Positions 62,351 to 64,000 of a DNA stretch of 64,000 nucleotides are shown one piece after another (the stretch's first letter is position 1; each line of letters starts with the position of its first letter). The stretch is from the NCBI GenBank assembly GCA_044228145.1, contig JBGAVL010000002.1, positions 15-64,014 on the forward strand, read 5' to 3'. Source of the stretch: Candidatus Obscuribacteraceae bacterium (lineage in GTDB: Bacteria; Cyanobacteriota; Vampirovibrionia; Obscuribacterales; Obscuribacteraceae). Made by a program: the position numbers and the translations under genes. The notes under the pieces were generated by a model. The model did no database searches. It saw only the letters and a list, made by a program, of their open reading frames with translations, and had not been told where the DNA came from.

Positions 62351-63949
62351 CTACTGACTCAAAATCTTCGACACAGACTTAAATCGATAAAGCTCGTCAG
62401 GCGGAATGGCAATGAATGACTCGTCTTTCAGCGGCGGCAAATCGGCGCCGAACAATTCTCGTAACAAAAGACGAAAACTGTTGACGGGCGTAATTGTCTG
62501 CGTCAGCTGAAGCTGCATTCGCTCCGGCACTCGATAGGTGTTCAAAATTCGCATGCGCTCCAGAGTAAACTCTCTTTGCTGGTGCCAATCTGTACAAGCA
62601 GAGCCATGATCGCTTTGCAGTATGACGATAGACTTTCCGCCTGCGCTTGAGCACAGCACGTCTATGAGTTCTTTCAGTTTCTTTTCTGTAAATTTCAATT
62701 GATCGACATATGTTTTTCTTATATACGGTGCAGACAAAAGCTGCCTGGTGAGAGGCAAATGATTGCCCTCACTATCGAAAATCATTGGCGGATGTGTAAG
62801 CAGACAGTGAATGAGAACGAATTTCGGTCCTGGCAAACCGGCTATTTCAGAAGCTCTTCTAATCGGCGCCAGGCGAACATTGGCGTATTCGTTCTCGACA
62901 AGATGCAGATAAGGCTCAAAAGCACCGACCAGGGTGAGATGCAAGAGCGCCATATTGAAGCCCGTCCCCCATCCCGAGCGCATGTTCAAATCCGCCTGCG
63001 GAACGTGGTCGGTCGGAGAAAAGCCTGAGCCAACATTGACGATGCGATAACCGGCTTGCTTGAAGAGCTTCATGACACTGTTTTCCTGCAGCAGCCTCAA
63101 AGGCACACTAGCATCGACACTGGCAGCGCCCAGCCTGTCGGCAAGCGGTGTCATATATTGCATATTCAGGGACGATGTGACACTGAGTATAGTGCGGTCG
63201 TGATTGCTAAAACTGCCCAGAGCGACGTAAAATCCTTTCTCTTTCAAGTAGCCTACGAAAGCCGAATTATCATAACCAAGCATGTCCTTGAGCGTTAACG
63301 GACTCGCAAACCCATCAATGACGACGTAGTAAACATCAGGCTTTTCGGTTTTCCCATCGATTGTCAATTTCTGACTTGATGCGAATTCGCTGGCAAGCAA
63401 TTCCCTGAGAATGCTCTTTTCCTTACTTTCAAAACCGGCTATGTTAGAAACATTTACCGTGCAAAGCAAAAGCACAATCGCCACTGCCGGCAACACCATG
63501 GGCTCGAATTTGATCGAAAGCAACTTCTTGCCGAAAGCGGCTTTGCCATAATGCGCAAAGCAAAGAATGATTGCAAGAATCAGGATATAGACAGCTAACA
63601 CCGCCTGAGTGGAAAGTGAAATCGAAGCAAGTTTTGCCGCTATAGTGAGCATATCTGCCAGAGGCAGATAGAAAAAGTTTGCCATCGATAAAATCGACAC
63701 CATGAAAGCAGCTCGGGCCGCGTCTTTATAGAGACGCCACAAAAGGGACCAGAGAGACAAATTCACAACAACTACAAGCGCGGCCGGCTCCAGCAATTGG
63801 TCGAGAGGATAGTCACCCAATGTAATTGTGTAGATGAGAAGCAGCGGCCACAACCCGAAGAGCACTGACTGCAAAGCAGCAGCTACGGTCAGTTTTGCGG
63901 AATGTGATTGGGCTCCATTCATCACCGGTATTATTGCAGATACAGCCAA
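62351..63949 (-). CDS. membrane-anchored sulfatase/LTA-synthase (alkaline-phosphatase superfamily) protein
   Basis: 5-6 N-terminal TM helices, then PDVYYVVIDGFAS, SNHDRTILSVTSSLN, VLIHCLLTHPP and IVILQSDHGS. Alternative ATG at 63922. Confidence 0.7.
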   Translation of the reverse strand: MAVSAIIPVMNGAQSHSAKLTVAAALQSVLFGLWPLLLIYTITLGDYPLDQLLEPAALVVVVNLSLWSLLWRLYKDAARAAFMVSILSMANFFYLPLADMLTIAAKLASISLSTQAVLAVYILILAIILCFAHYGKAAFGKKLLSIKFEPMVLPAVAIVLLLCTVNVSNIAGFESKEKSILRELLASEFASSQKLTIDGKTEKPDVYYVVIDGFASPLTLKDMLGYDNSAFVGYLKEKGFYVALGSFSNHDRTILSVTSSLNMQYMTPLADRLGAASVDASVPLRLLQENSVMKLFKQAGYRIVNVGSGFSPTDHVPQADLNMRSGWGTGFNMALLHLTLVGAFEPYLHLVENEYANVRLAPIRRASEIAGLPGPKFVLIHCLLTHPPMIFDSEGNHLPLTRQLLSAPYIRKTYVDQLKFTEKKLKELIDVLCSSAGGKSIVILQSDHGSACTDWHQQREFTLERMRILNTYRVPERMQLQLTQTITPVNSFRLLLRELFGADLPPLKDESFIAIPPDELYRFKSVSKILSQ

Positions 63950-64000
63950 GCAGCTAGCGCGTAAATCGCTCCACGGCGGTCTTGATTTCGCGATTTTCCG

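Overview
Densely coding 64-kb segment that looks chromosomal, with about 55 supportable CDS on both strands. I saw no rRNA, canonical tRNA, CRISPR array, integrase, transposase or phage structural genes. All family calls come from motif recognition by eye; no searches were run.

Recognisable content:
- guaA.
- A two-gene heavy-metal RND efflux pair (adaptor plus CusA/CzcA-type pump) with no outer-membrane factor.
- A strong envelope/glycan theme: GT2, three DUF2029/GT87-like GT-C paralogs, another large GT-C-like membrane protein, a UgtP/MGDG-synthase-like GT28, a sulfatase/LTA-synthase-like protein, an SGNH-esterase::GH5 fusion and an S41 peptidase.
- Three two-component sets: an OmpR-type regulator with an apparently frameshifted kinase, a CHASE3 kinase with a NarL-type regulator, and an orphan CheY.
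- A Hanks Ser/Thr kinase with TPRs.
- Redox/detox enzymes: OYE, Zn-ADH, OsmC, VOC, ABM.
- A ParS/MbcA-RES toxin-antitoxin pair, a nucleotidyltransferase plus small-partner pair, an Uma2 nuclease and an XRE gene with a promoter-embedded palindrome.

Many ORFs have no recognisable family, and several occur as tandem paralog pairs.

Best candidate for an undescribed system: 48992-52922. It holds two translationally coupled, divergent QueC-like PP-loop paralogs, one with an intact SGGVDS and one with a degenerate TAGVDS, plus an alpha/beta-hydrolase-like gene. Long repeat-bearing non-coding DNA brackets the cassette.

Other notable signals:
- A 72-nt tRNA/tmRNA-TLD-like element with G3-U70.
- A shared GGTCA-N6-GGTCA promoter architecture on both sides of the OmpR-type system.
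- A structured leader, strong terminator and SD-led uORF in front of the CHASE3 kinase.
- A 42-bp duplication at a convergent gene junction whose differences are all synonymous in one frame.
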